A stretch of 39,773 bases of DNA from Bacteroides fragilis (GTDB lineage: Bacteria > Bacteroidota > Bacteroidia > Bacteroidales > Muribaculaceae). Positions 8,553 through 16,870 of the stretch are shown here, piece after piece. Below the pieces are notes generated by a model, which saw nothing but the letters and a program-made list of their open reading frames with translations, did no database searches and was not told where the DNA came from. How positions within the stretch are numbered: the first letter of the stretch is position 1; every line of letters begins with the position of its first letter. Both the position numbers and the translations under genes were made by a program. The stretch spans positions 1-39,773 of the forward strand of contig CAVIEK010000002.1 in the NCBI GenBank assembly GCA_963641805.1. Reading direction: 5' to 3'.

Positions 8553-9260
8553 ATGGCAGAAAAGGCTCTTTACCTCATTCCGGTCCAGTTGAGCGATGTG
8601 GATTTGGAAAGTGTGCTACCGGCTTACAACATAAAGTTGGTAAGTGAATTGCGCTACTTCATAGTAGAGAATGTGCGCTCGGCACGGCGTTTTCTCAAAA
8701 AATGCAACCGCGATATCGACATCGACACGCTCACGTTTTTTGAGCTGAACCGCCACACCGACATCAACGAGATCGGTACATTCCTCGATCCTCTGGCACA
8801 AGGCAATGCCATGGGCGTAATCTCGGAGGCAGGTTGCCCAGCCATTGCCGACCCCGGAGCCGACGTGGTGGCCATCGCACAGCGGCGCGGGTTCAAAGTG
8901 CGCCCATTGGTGGGCCCGTCGAGCATACTGATGGGACTCATGAGCTCTGGATTCAACGGCCAGAGTTTTGCCTTTCTCGGCTATTTGCCAATAGAAGCCG
9001 CCGAACGTGCCCGCAAGTTCAAGGAAATGGAGCGGCGCATTGTCAAAGAAAGCCAGACACAGATTTTTATCGAGACACCCTACCGCAACAACACGTTGCT
9101 GGCCGAAATGGTACGGACACTGCCGGCAGGGCTTAAGCTGTGTGTGGCCACCGACATCACCGGCGAGCGCGAGAGCATAGTGACGCGAGGCATTAAGGAT
9201 TGGGGCAATAATGTACCCGACTTGAACAAAGTGCCCACCATATTTCTGCTCTACAAATGA
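8553..9260 (+). CDS. RsmI-like tetrapyrrole-methylase-fold SAM-dependent methyltransferase
   Basis: Start trimmed to ATG 8553 (MAEKALYLIP); FIVENVRSARRFL, SEAGCPAIADPG, PLVGPSS, FAFLGYLP, TQIFIETPYRN. Confidence 0.85.
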   Translation: MAEKALYLIPVQLSDVDLESVLPAYNIKLVSELRYFIVENVRSARRFLKKCNRDIDIDTLTFFELNRHTDINEIGTFLDPLAQGNAMGVISEAGCPAIADPGADVVAIAQRRGFKVRPLVGPSSILMGLMSSGFNGQSFAFLGYLPIEAAERARKFKEMERRIVKESQTQIFIETPYRNNTLLAEMVRTLPAGLKLCVATDITGERESIVTRGIKDWGNNVPDLNKVPTIFLLYK

Positions 9261-9264
9261 GAAA

Positions 9265-10233
9265 ATGAATACAACACATAATACCGCCATGCCCAAGAGA
9301 GGCAGGCACCAACAGCTGTCGATCGAGTTTGACACCGACGTCACCGCCGAGAGCAAAATCGAGACAGGGCAGCCACAAGAGAAGCCAGGCGAGAGCTGGT
9401 GCGGGCTCAACTTTGTGAGCTTTGGCAGCGGCAGTAGCGGCAACTGCTCTTATTTGGGCAACGCTGACGGAGGCGTGCTTATAGATGCCGGAGTTGACCC
9501 CGACCACGTGCTCGACTCGCTGCGCCACAATGGCGTTACACCCAATATGATAAAGGGAATCGTGCTCACCCACGACCATGCCGACCACATCCGCTACGCC
9601 TACACTATGGTGCGCCGACTCAAGCATCTGCGCATCTACTGCACACCCCGTCTTATGACAGGCATGCTGCGACACCACTGCATCTCGCGCCGCATCAGTG
9701 AATACCACGAGAACGTGTTCAAGGAGATTCCGTTCAAGATAGGCGATTTCCAGTTTACCGCTTTCGAGGTGTCGCACGATGCCACCGACAACATGGGCTT
9801 CATGATCGAGGCCTGCGGCAGGCGTTTTGTCGTGGCCACCGACATGGGTGAAATCACATTACGGGCCGAGCATTACATGGCTCAAGCACATTACTTGATG
9901 ATTGAGAGTAATTACGACCGTGCGATGCTCGACGGCGGACGATATCCCGAATATCTCAAAAATCGTGTACGCGGTCCAAAGGGACACCTCGACAACATGA
10001 TGGCTGCCGACTTTGTGGCAAGCCACTACACCGACGAGCTGAAATACGTGTTTCTGTGCCACCTAAGCAACGACAACAACAAGCCGGAAATCGCAGTAAA
10101 GGCCATGACCGATGCCTTGACCGGAACAGGAGTGACAGTGGGTGATGCCAGCAACGAGGTGGAACAGCGCGACCGCGACGTGCAGGTCTACGCCCTGCCA
10201 CGCTACGACACGAGCACATGGTTTGTGCTCTAA
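9265..10233 (+). CDS. MBL-fold metallo-hydrolase, YycJ/WalJ family
   Basis: GSGSSGN, LIDAG, THDHADH (HxHxDH), VSHDA, ATDMG, IESNYD, GHLDN, LCHLSNDNN; alternative start at 9289. Confidence 0.9.
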   Translation: MNTTHNTAMPKRGRHQQLSIEFDTDVTAESKIETGQPQEKPGESWCGLNFVSFGSGSSGNCSYLGNADGGVLIDAGVDPDHVLDSLRHNGVTPNMIKGIVLTHDHADHIRYAYTMVRRLKHLRIYCTPRLMTGMLRHHCISRRISEYHENVFKEIPFKIGDFQFTAFEVSHDATDNMGFMIEACGRRFVVATDMGEITLRAEHYMAQAHYLMIESNYDRAMLDGGRYPEYLKNRVRGPKGHLDNMMAADFVASHYTDELKYVFLCHLSNDNNKPEIAVKAMTDALTGTGVTVGDASNEVEQRDRDVQVYALPRYDTSTWFVL

Positions 10234-10260
10234 GAGACCATTTGTTCACCACTTGACATC

Positions 10261-10300
10261 AAGACGGATTGCGGCTGATAGCCGTGACCCGCTCTTTTTT
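10261..10300 (+). terminator. Candidate intrinsic terminator
   Basis: gcggct/agccgt core stem with cgg/ccg extension, followed by TTTTTT. Confidence 0.55.
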
Positions 10301-10328
10301 CCATTCTCCCGGCCTGCAGACGGCACCG

Positions 10329-11129
10329 TCACTTTGCCGCCGGCTGCAGATATTTGTCGCCTATACCTATGCCAAATAGGGCGTAATCGTAGATTACAGG
10401 GTCATCGGGACGCAAAGTGCGAAGCGAAGCGGTAAGGTCGAGCACAGCGCGGCGGTCATTGGCGCGGCGGTCGATTAGGCCGAGAGCCCGCGCAGTGTCA
10501 CCCACATGCACATCGAGCGGGATAAAAAGCTGGCTTGGACGTATTGCCGACCATACACCCATATCCACTATGCCGTCGTCGCGCACCAGCCACCGCAGAG
10601 CCATGTTGACGCGTTTCAGCGCCGTGTTTTTCAGTTGCAGCGGCAGGCACCGCGAGTCGCTCAGCCCACCATTGGCCTCACTCAGCTCACCAAGCATGAG
10701 TTCCACCAGACGCCACGCAGGGGTGGCATCGGTTGCCACTGCATTAGCTGCCGCGAAGTCGTTGACTGAGCCGTAGTGCCGGTATATGCGCCGCAAGCCA
10801 CGCAAGAAATGCTTGAAGTTGCGCCCGAAGAAAGTGCGGTGTATGTTGAGATTGTCGGGAATTTGCTCATATGCGCCGTCGGCCACATAATCGTAGGGCT
10901 GGTTGTCCATCAGAGCAAGCATTTTCTCGCAATTGCGACAAATCATCTTGCGATTACCCCATGCGATGGTCGCCGAGAGCAGCGCAACTATCTCGATATT
11001 GCGCAAGTCAGAGAAGCGCCGAGGGAACTGCACGGGGTCGGCAGCAATAAAGTCGGTGCTATTGATGCGCGTGGCCTCGGTGTCGAGCAGTCGGCGCAAT
11101 CCTTCATATTCCTGTAATGACAAATCCAT
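10329..11129 (-). CDS. TIGR02757 / DUF2400 family protein
   Basis: FIAADPVQFP, IAWGNR, LKRVNMALRWLVR, FIPLDVHV, DPVIYDYALFG; start taken at ATG 11129 (the ORF-track start 11177 is TTG). Confidence 0.85.
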   Translation of the reverse strand: MDLSLQEYEGLRRLLDTEATRINSTDFIAADPVQFPRRFSDLRNIEIVALLSATIAWGNRKMICRNCEKMLALMDNQPYDYVADGAYEQIPDNLNIHRTFFGRNFKHFLRGLRRIYRHYGSVNDFAAANAVATDATPAWRLVELMLGELSEANGGLSDSRCLPLQLKNTALKRVNMALRWLVRDDGIVDMGVWSAIRPSQLFIPLDVHVGDTARALGLIDRRANDRRAVLDLTASLRTLRPDDPVIYDYALFGIGIGDKYLQPAAK

Positions 11130-11199
11130 AGGCTCTATTGTTTTTATTTCGTTGGCATCATACGCCAGTCTTGCCAAACGGGCAATGCATCACTGGCGG

Positions 11200-12147
11200 T
11201 CAGAATTTAAGAGTTTTATAATGGAAGAAGCGGCCGTCGGTGTCAAGAAGAATCCTGAACTGGGCCGTGAGCAGGTTGCGGCAGGAGTCATAGGGCAGAT
11301 ACACCGATGCCACACCGCTCTCGGCATCGGCCAATGAGCCGGCAGGGAACACAAGCTTGATTCCGCGAGGCTCCACAGCCAACTCGGCGTTCAGCGTCGT
11401 GGCGTGGCGAAGGATCCGTCGACGGTCACGAGTCATAAAATCTATGCGGTGATTAACGGCTTTCAGCACATTCTCCACCCCTTCACTATCAGCAACGCTG
11501 AGCACATCGGCCATCTTCAGCACACGATGGCGCAGACAGTCATAAATCACATAGCCCACACGCTCAGAGCGCGAGTGGCCGTCGTAGACGAAATCATATA
11601 TCTCGTATTCCAGCAAGCGATCGCTTGCCAGGTAGGGAAAGGCCTTAACTCTGTGCTCCCGGCCGTAGATGCTCTTGGTCTCAATCGGATGAGGCGACAC
11701 CCTATAGCTTGAGTTGCCGCCCATATTGAACTCAGGGGCATCGATAAAGGCCGCCACAGCACGTGACTCATCGCCATAACGGGGACCGAATGCCTTTATG
11801 ATTATGGCCTGCTTAAGGCCGTCGATGGCCGTAGAGCCGCCGACCGAATGCGGCATTCTCAGTTTCACTTGCTTTATACAAGTAAACTGCCCGGCAGAGC
11901 TTTGCCCTGTCGGCAACGTAGTTTCCGACACATAATAGACCATATCGTTTCTGACCGGCTCAAACTTGACACTTACGGCCGATGCGGCCAGAGTGTCGGC
12001 CGGCAAGGCGGTACTGTCGGCCGGGGCAAAGAGCCCCACATACTTGCCGTCGGCATTGAGTCGACTTACCACATAGAACAAGCCTGTGGCCAAATCAATC
12101 ACCACAAGCAATGCTATAGTTATTAGCAGTCGACGGCGGGTTATCAT
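11200..12147 (-). CDS. Membrane-anchored periplasmic protein, DUF3298/RsiV-like
   Basis: N-terminal TM; YVIYDCLRHRVLKMADVL and GIKLVFPAGSLA...GVASVYLPY resemble the DUF3298 pattern. Confidence 0.6.
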   Translation of the reverse strand: MITRRRLLITIALLVVIDLATGLFYVVSRLNADGKYVGLFAPADSTALPADTLAASAVSVKFEPVRNDMVYYVSETTLPTGQSSAGQFTCIKQVKLRMPHSVGGSTAIDGLKQAIIIKAFGPRYGDESRAVAAFIDAPEFNMGGNSSYRVSPHPIETKSIYGREHRVKAFPYLASDRLLEYEIYDFVYDGHSRSERVGYVIYDCLRHRVLKMADVLSVADSEGVENVLKAVNHRIDFMTRDRRRILRHATTLNAELAVEPRGIKLVFPAGSLADAESGVASVYLPYDSCRNLLTAQFRILLDTDGRFFHYKTLKF

Positions 12148-12158
12148 AGGTCGCGCTT

Positions 12159-13037
12159 TTATGACTTGTTCACGATACTGTCAACATAGTCGCGCACACG
12201 ATTCATGAGCCACATGGGCGTCGATGTGGCACCGCAGATGCCTATGCGCTGCTTGCCGTCAAGCCAGCGGCTGTCGATTTCGGTTTCCGATGTTATCAGA
12301 TGCGAGTCGGGGTTGGCATCGTGGCACTGGGCAAAAAGGATGCGTCCATTACTGCTTTTCTTGCCGCACACAAAGAGGATTAGCTGATGCTGCGAGGCAA
12401 ACTCCCTGATTTGCGGAATGCGGTTGGCAACCGAGCGGCAAATGGTGTCGAAACTTTGGAAACGCACCCCTGGCCCTATGCGGCGGCGCATCTCATCTAC
12501 AATCTGCTTGAAGCCCTCGAGCGACTTTGTGGTCTGTGAATAGAGATAGATGTCACGAGAATAATCGATTCGGTCGATTTCGTCGACACTCTCTATCACT
12601 ATGGCGGTGCCCTGCGTCTGCCCTACCAGGCCATTCACCTCAGCATGTCCACGCTTGCCGTAAATCACAACCTGTGCATCGCGGCCGAGGCTCTGCGCTT
12701 CGTCAAAACTGGCCTTAATGCGTTGTTGCAGTTTCAGCACCACAGGACAAGTGGCGTCGATGATGTAAATATCATTGCGGCTCGCAGTCTCATAGGTCTC
12801 GGGGGGCTCGCCATGTGCCCTGAGAAGCACATTCACACCTTGCAGGCTACGCAGCTGGTCGTGTGTGATGGTCACAAGGCCGTTGCTCTCCAGACGCTCC
12901 ACCTCGTTACTGTTGTGCACGATGTCACCCAGGCAGTAGAGCTTACCGCTACGGTTGAGTTCCTCCTCAGCCTTGCGTATGGCGGTGGTTACGCCAAAAC
13001 AGAACCCCGACCCCTTGTCGATTTCTATTATAGCCAT
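12159..13037 (-). CDS. ispH: 4-hydroxy-3-methylbut-2-enyl diphosphate reductase
   Basis: GFCFGV, IVHN, RAHG, DATCP, HAEV, SQTT, DTIC, SSN, GATSTP. Confidence 0.97.
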   Translation of the reverse strand: MAIIEIDKGSGFCFGVTTAIRKAEEELNRSGKLYCLGDIVHNSNEVERLESNGLVTITHDQLRSLQGVNVLLRAHGEPPETYETASRNDIYIIDATCPVVLKLQQRIKASFDEAQSLGRDAQVVIYGKRGHAEVNGLVGQTQGTAIVIESVDEIDRIDYSRDIYLYSQTTKSLEGFKQIVDEMRRRIGPGVRFQSFDTICRSVANRIPQIREFASQHQLILFVCGKKSSNGRILFAQCHDANPDSHLITSETEIDSRWLDGKQRIGICGATSTPMWLMNRVRDYVDSIVNKS

Positions 13038-13058
13038 AGTAGTAAATGATTGTTGAGA

Positions 13059-13757
13059 TCACTTTTCCAATGCTTTCTCATATTGTCGCATGAGCCATGC
13101 GTTCTGCTCGTCGATGGTGATATTAGAGTTGTCGAGCACCACCGCATCGGCGGCTTGGCACAAAGGGCTCTCCTTGCGAGTGGTGTCGATGCGGTCACGC
13201 TCTGTGACGTTGCGCAGCACCTCGTCGTAGGTAACCGTAGTGTCGCCCTTGCCGCGAAGCTCGTCGTAGCGGCGACGCGCACGGGTCTCGGCCGAGGCAG
13301 TCACAAATATCTTGAGCTCGGCATCGGGGAACACTGCAGTGCCTATGTCGCGCCCGTCCATCACAATGCCTTTGTCGCGCCCCATAGCCTGCTGCTGACT
13401 CACCAGCGCCCTGCGCACGAAGCCAATGGCGGCAATCAGGCTCACCTTGTCAGAGACGCGCATCGAACGTATCTCGCTTTCCACGTCACGGCCATTGAGT
13501 TGCGTCACCGAATGACCGTCGGCCGGATCAACCCCAAACGAGATTCTCACGTGTGGCAACTGCAGCCGCAGAGCCTGCTCATCGACAGTGTCACCGTCGA
13601 TCAATCCATGGTCGAGACAATAGAGAGTGACCGCACGATACATGGCGCCAGTGTCGATATAAGCATATCCTATGCGTTTTGCCAATGCCTTGGCCATAGT
13701 GCTTTTGCCTGTCGACGAATATCCGTCGATAGCTATGGTGATGCGTTTGTTTTCCAT
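13059..13757 (-). CDS. cmk: Cytidylate kinase
   Basis: [38 protein letters not shown]. Confidence 0.97.
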   Translation of the reverse strand: MENKRITIAIDGYSSTGKSTMAKALAKRIGYAYIDTGAMYRAVTLYCLDHGLIDGDTVDEQALRLQLPHVRISFGVDPADGHSVTQLNGRDVESEIRSMRVSDKVSLIAAIGFVRRALVSQQQAMGRDKGIVMDGRDIGTAVFPDAELKIFVTASAETRARRRYDELRGKGDTTVTYDEVLRNVTERDRIDTTRKESPLCQAADAVVLDNSNITIDEQNAWLMRQYEKALEK

Positions 13758-13783
13758 TTCTTATATGTGATTTATATATTGTG

Positions 13784-13815
13784 CAAATATAGTCTTATTA
13801 GGGCAAATGGTCAAA
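13784..13815 (-). promoter_or_regulatory. sigmaA-type promoter for cmk-ispH
   Basis: Minus strand TTTG (13815-13812), 20-nt spacer, TATATTTG (13791-13784). Confidence 0.75.
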
Positions 13816-13817
13816 TT

Positions 13818-14618
13818 TTATTGCCCAGCTCGCTTTGGCATCGGCAGCGGGCAATGATACTGGCGTTTGCCCCGGGTGGCGCGGCCATATTCCACGGCAT
13901 GAGCCGGACAGTGGTGGTAACAAGCCAGACACATGGCGCAGTGGGAGTCCCATTGCGGAAGTCCTCCAACAGGAGCAACAATCACGTTGTGCATGGGGCA
14001 TACCCGGGCACATCGGCCACATCCGGTACAAGCATCGGAGTCGGCACGAAACGGACGCGGCGACATCCAAAAGCGCTTGAACAGCGGATACACCACCCGC
14101 GACTTGAGCCATGCCAGGCTTCCCCGCGTAACATCGACCACACATCGCCGTTCGGCAATAAGGGAGGCAATGGTGCTGATACGGTTTTGAGCATCGGCGA
14201 GTTTACCCTGCTCAACCGGGGCTGGATCGGTATCAAAGCCGGGGAGGCACACATAGTTGTTGGGCATCTGCAGCGAGAACATGGCATCGAGGTGCAATGC
14301 CGGAGCCACAGCCCGTGCCATCATCGGTGCCGAAAGTCCTACGTCGTCGCCACAAGTGGTGAGGGCGAAACAGTAATTGTCGGCCTCTATATAGCCATTC
14401 ACCACAAGACGAGCCACGAAGTGCGTCACCACGGGAGCAGGTCCCCATGAGTAAGTGGGGAACACAAACCCGATACGCTCGTGGGGGGCAAGGGTGAAAG
14501 AGCAATCACAGCCATCAGGGTAATCGGCAATAGCCACCATGCGGCCATCGCCAAGGATTTCGCCAAGCCTGTAAGCTGCCCATCGGCTATTACCAGTACC
14601 AGAGAACCAGAAAATCAT
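13818..14618 (-). CDS. EFR1-family flavodoxin-ferredoxin fusion
   Basis: FSGTGNS flavodoxin motif, FVFPTY, MPNNY; two CxxCxxCxxxCP motifs (CTGCGRCARVCP, CAMCLACYHHCP). Confidence 0.9.
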   Translation of the reverse strand: MIFWFSGTGNSRWAAYRLGEILGDGRMVAIADYPDGCDCSFTLAPHERIGFVFPTYSWGPAPVVTHFVARLVVNGYIEADNYCFALTTCGDDVGLSAPMMARAVAPALHLDAMFSLQMPNNYVCLPGFDTDPAPVEQGKLADAQNRISTIASLIAERRCVVDVTRGSLAWLKSRVVYPLFKRFWMSPRPFRADSDACTGCGRCARVCPMHNVIVAPVGGLPQWDSHCAMCLACYHHCPAHAVEYGRATRGKRQYHCPLPMPKRAGQ

Positions 14619-14639
14619 CGTCGCACCTCCTCCATCAAC

Positions 14640-15728
14640 CTACTTATGAATGGTGACCTGCGTAGCACCATAGCCATATTCACGAAAACTGGCATCTTGC
14701 GCCATGCAGCGCGGATAGCGCCGTTTGAGTTCCTGCAACAAGGCATGTCGGAGCACACCTTCACCCTTGCCGTGAATGAACACTATGCGCTGTCCCGGAT
14801 GGTTGATGTTAGCGTCCATAGTCTCACGGAACTTATCAAGCTGATAGCGCAACATGTCGGAATTGGAGAGCCCCGTGGTGTCGTCGAGCAGCGCACCTAT
14901 ATGCAAGTCGAGCACAATGGCACCGCTCATGGGATCGCGCCTCTCATGGCGCTTCACCGGCTGCGACTTGGGACGCTCATCGGCGGCCCGCTTGCCGCGC
15001 ATGGCACGTTCCAGCTCGCTACTGTCGATAGTGAGCTGACGCGCCGGGAGATCGTTGCGGGTTATGTCGAGGGCTATTACCGGCACTTCGAAGTATTCAT
15101 TGTCGTGAAAACTGTGTAGTTTGTAGAACTTGGTAACATCGAGACGCTGCTCTACCAAAGCCGGATTCTTGAGTTTGAAACCACGGTCTTGCTTGAAGGC
15201 CACATACTGCACCGCCACATGTGTGAGCGAGTTCAAATCGTCATGGCCAAATTCCTCAAGTTCCACCTGAAAGTTGGGTTCCACGGCCCCGGCCCAACGG
15301 GTTGTCCACGCGTCGTCGTCATCGCCACGCGTCATATAGGTTGCATATAGGAAATAGTTACTATCGTTGACCAGAGTTGCGTAAAACGTGGTAGTACTCA
15401 AATGCTTAAGTTCACGTGCCTCATAAGCGAGCACTATATTGAGCCTGTTGCCACTTTCGGTTTCAACCACAGGCTCATCGGTGGGCACGAGCTGTGGCCT
15501 CTTCTCGGCCGGCTTATCGGGCTCCACGAGTTTGCTTTTCACCTGCGGTTTTCGCTCATAGGCACTCTGTTTCTGTCCTTCAGAGCCCACTACCACCACC
15601 TCACGGGTGAGCACGGGCCGTTCGAAGCCGTCGGCATCTTCCACATAGGCCATATTTCCGTCGACCCGTGTCACGCGCCCCCCACCGACATCGTTGAGGA
15701 ACCGCACTATATCGTTTACTTTTACCAT
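14640..15728 (-). CDS. DUF2027 + Smr domain protein with N-terminal KOW/SH3-like domain
   Basis: N-terminus VKVNDIVRFLNDVGGGRV; C-terminal Smr motifs LDLHI, FIHGKGEGVLR, ASFREYGYGAT. Confidence 0.9.
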   Translation of the reverse strand: MVKVNDIVRFLNDVGGGRVTRVDGNMAYVEDADGFERPVLTREVVVVGSEGQKQSAYERKPQVKSKLVEPDKPAEKRPQLVPTDEPVVETESGNRLNIVLAYEARELKHLSTTTFYATLVNDSNYFLYATYMTRGDDDDAWTTRWAGAVEPNFQVELEEFGHDDLNSLTHVAVQYVAFKQDRGFKLKNPALVEQRLDVTKFYKLHSFHDNEYFEVPVIALDITRNDLPARQLTIDSSELERAMRGKRAADERPKSQPVKRHERRDPMSGAIVLDLHIGALLDDTTGLSNSDMLRYQLDKFRETMDANINHPGQRIVFIHGKGEGVLRHALLQELKRRYPRCMAQDASFREYGYGATQVTIHK

Positions 15729-15740
15729 TGCGTGTAAATG

Positions 15741-16625
15741 TTATTTCGATTGTTTCTTGTTTGCTTCATTGATTATAGCCTCATATTCCTGCGGATAGAT
15801 GAGCATGGTGCCAATCTCGCCCCCGCGGCTGTCGGTATAGACGTAGCGCATGAGTTTGCGGCCATCGAGCGCGGCAGCAATGAGGCGGTTGAGCCTATAG
15901 GCAGCAGGCAAGGCCGTGAACCAGCGCTCACGCATCTGCTGCACAAAAGCCGTCACATTCACGCTTTGACGCGTGAGATATGGAATCATCACCTCCAGCT
16001 CAACGGTTGCAGAGTCGGTCATTTCGGCATTATCGAGATACTCATTGTCGGCAATCTGCATATTGTGCTTTGCCAGCACACCTTTGGCCGCATGCACAAA
16101 TTGCTCGATGGTGACCAGCCTCGACGTGTCGCACTTGAATTTCAGCTGTCCTGCCACAGTTCCCACCACGTCGGGGACGGAGCTGCGATGCCCAGTAACC
16201 ACATACAGGGTATTGAACCCTACATTCAGAGCCACCGCAGTGCACCGGTAGGTATCGCCATGGCCACGCTTGGTGAACGAAAGACGCTTTGCGGGACATC
16301 CGGCAAAGGCGGTGTCGGTGATTGCCGACACATTCTCAGCCTCACGGCAGAACGGGTCGCGCCTTCCTGCGGCCTGGCTCTCAAGATAAGCCTCGGGAGA
16401 GAACGGTGCCGCTATCACGTCGATGCGGGCAAGCTCGCTAATGCCACGGCTGCCACCGCGCTGCAGCATCACCCGCGCACCTATGGAGCGCATCGAGGGG
16501 TCGGTAGTCACCGACCAACTATCGTCGGGCGTTGTCAGAGTAAAATAAGCATTACTCACGGTTGCCGCCTGGGCTGATGCTATCGCCATTATTGCCGCTA
16601 TTGCCAAGTCTAAAATCTTTCCCAT
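15741..16625 (-). CDS. Exported hypothetical protein
   Basis: 294-aa ORF with signal peptide (ending ASAQA), co-oriented and 12 nt from the Smr gene; TAACTTCG -7-like element at 16658-16651. Confidence 0.7.
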   Translation of the reverse strand: MGKILDLAIAAIMAIASAQAATVSNAYFTLTTPDDSWSVTTDPSMRSIGARVMLQRGGSRGISELARIDVIAAPFSPEAYLESQAAGRRDPFCREAENVSAITDTAFAGCPAKRLSFTKRGHGDTYRCTAVALNVGFNTLYVVTGHRSSVPDVVGTVAGQLKFKCDTSRLVTIEQFVHAAKGVLAKHNMQIADNEYLDNAEMTDSATVELEVMIPYLTRQSVNVTAFVQQMRERWFTALPAAYRLNRLIAAALDGRKLMRYVYTDSRGGEIGTMLIYPQEYEAIINEANKKQSK

Positions 16626-16712
16626 GTAAGTATTGCTTTTATCTATATGGCGAAGTTACGAAAAAAATCCAAAACATGGCCCAGAGAACAAGCGTGCATG
16701 GCCGCCAACGGA

Positions 16713-16744
16713 TTTGGTGATTAACCACAAAGGTTGTAACTTTG
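16713..16744 (+). promoter_or_regulatory. sigmaA-type promoter for pepT
   Basis: TTTG (16713-16716), 20-nt spacer, TAACTTTG (16737-16744). Confidence 0.8.
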
Positions 16745-16870
16745 CATATGGCTCGCGGCACGGCAATTTGCCGAAAGCACAAAGCGGTCGCGCCATACAT
16801 ACCGAAAAAAAATACAACTTCAACAACCCGGCCCACCCAGCCGTGAGCCGCCATAACACACTTAAGAACT

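Noticed and set aside
13050..14450. 466-aa plus-strand ORF antisense to cmk and EFR1
   Set aside because: Lies opposite two well-supported genes, has shadow-like composition and no domain signature
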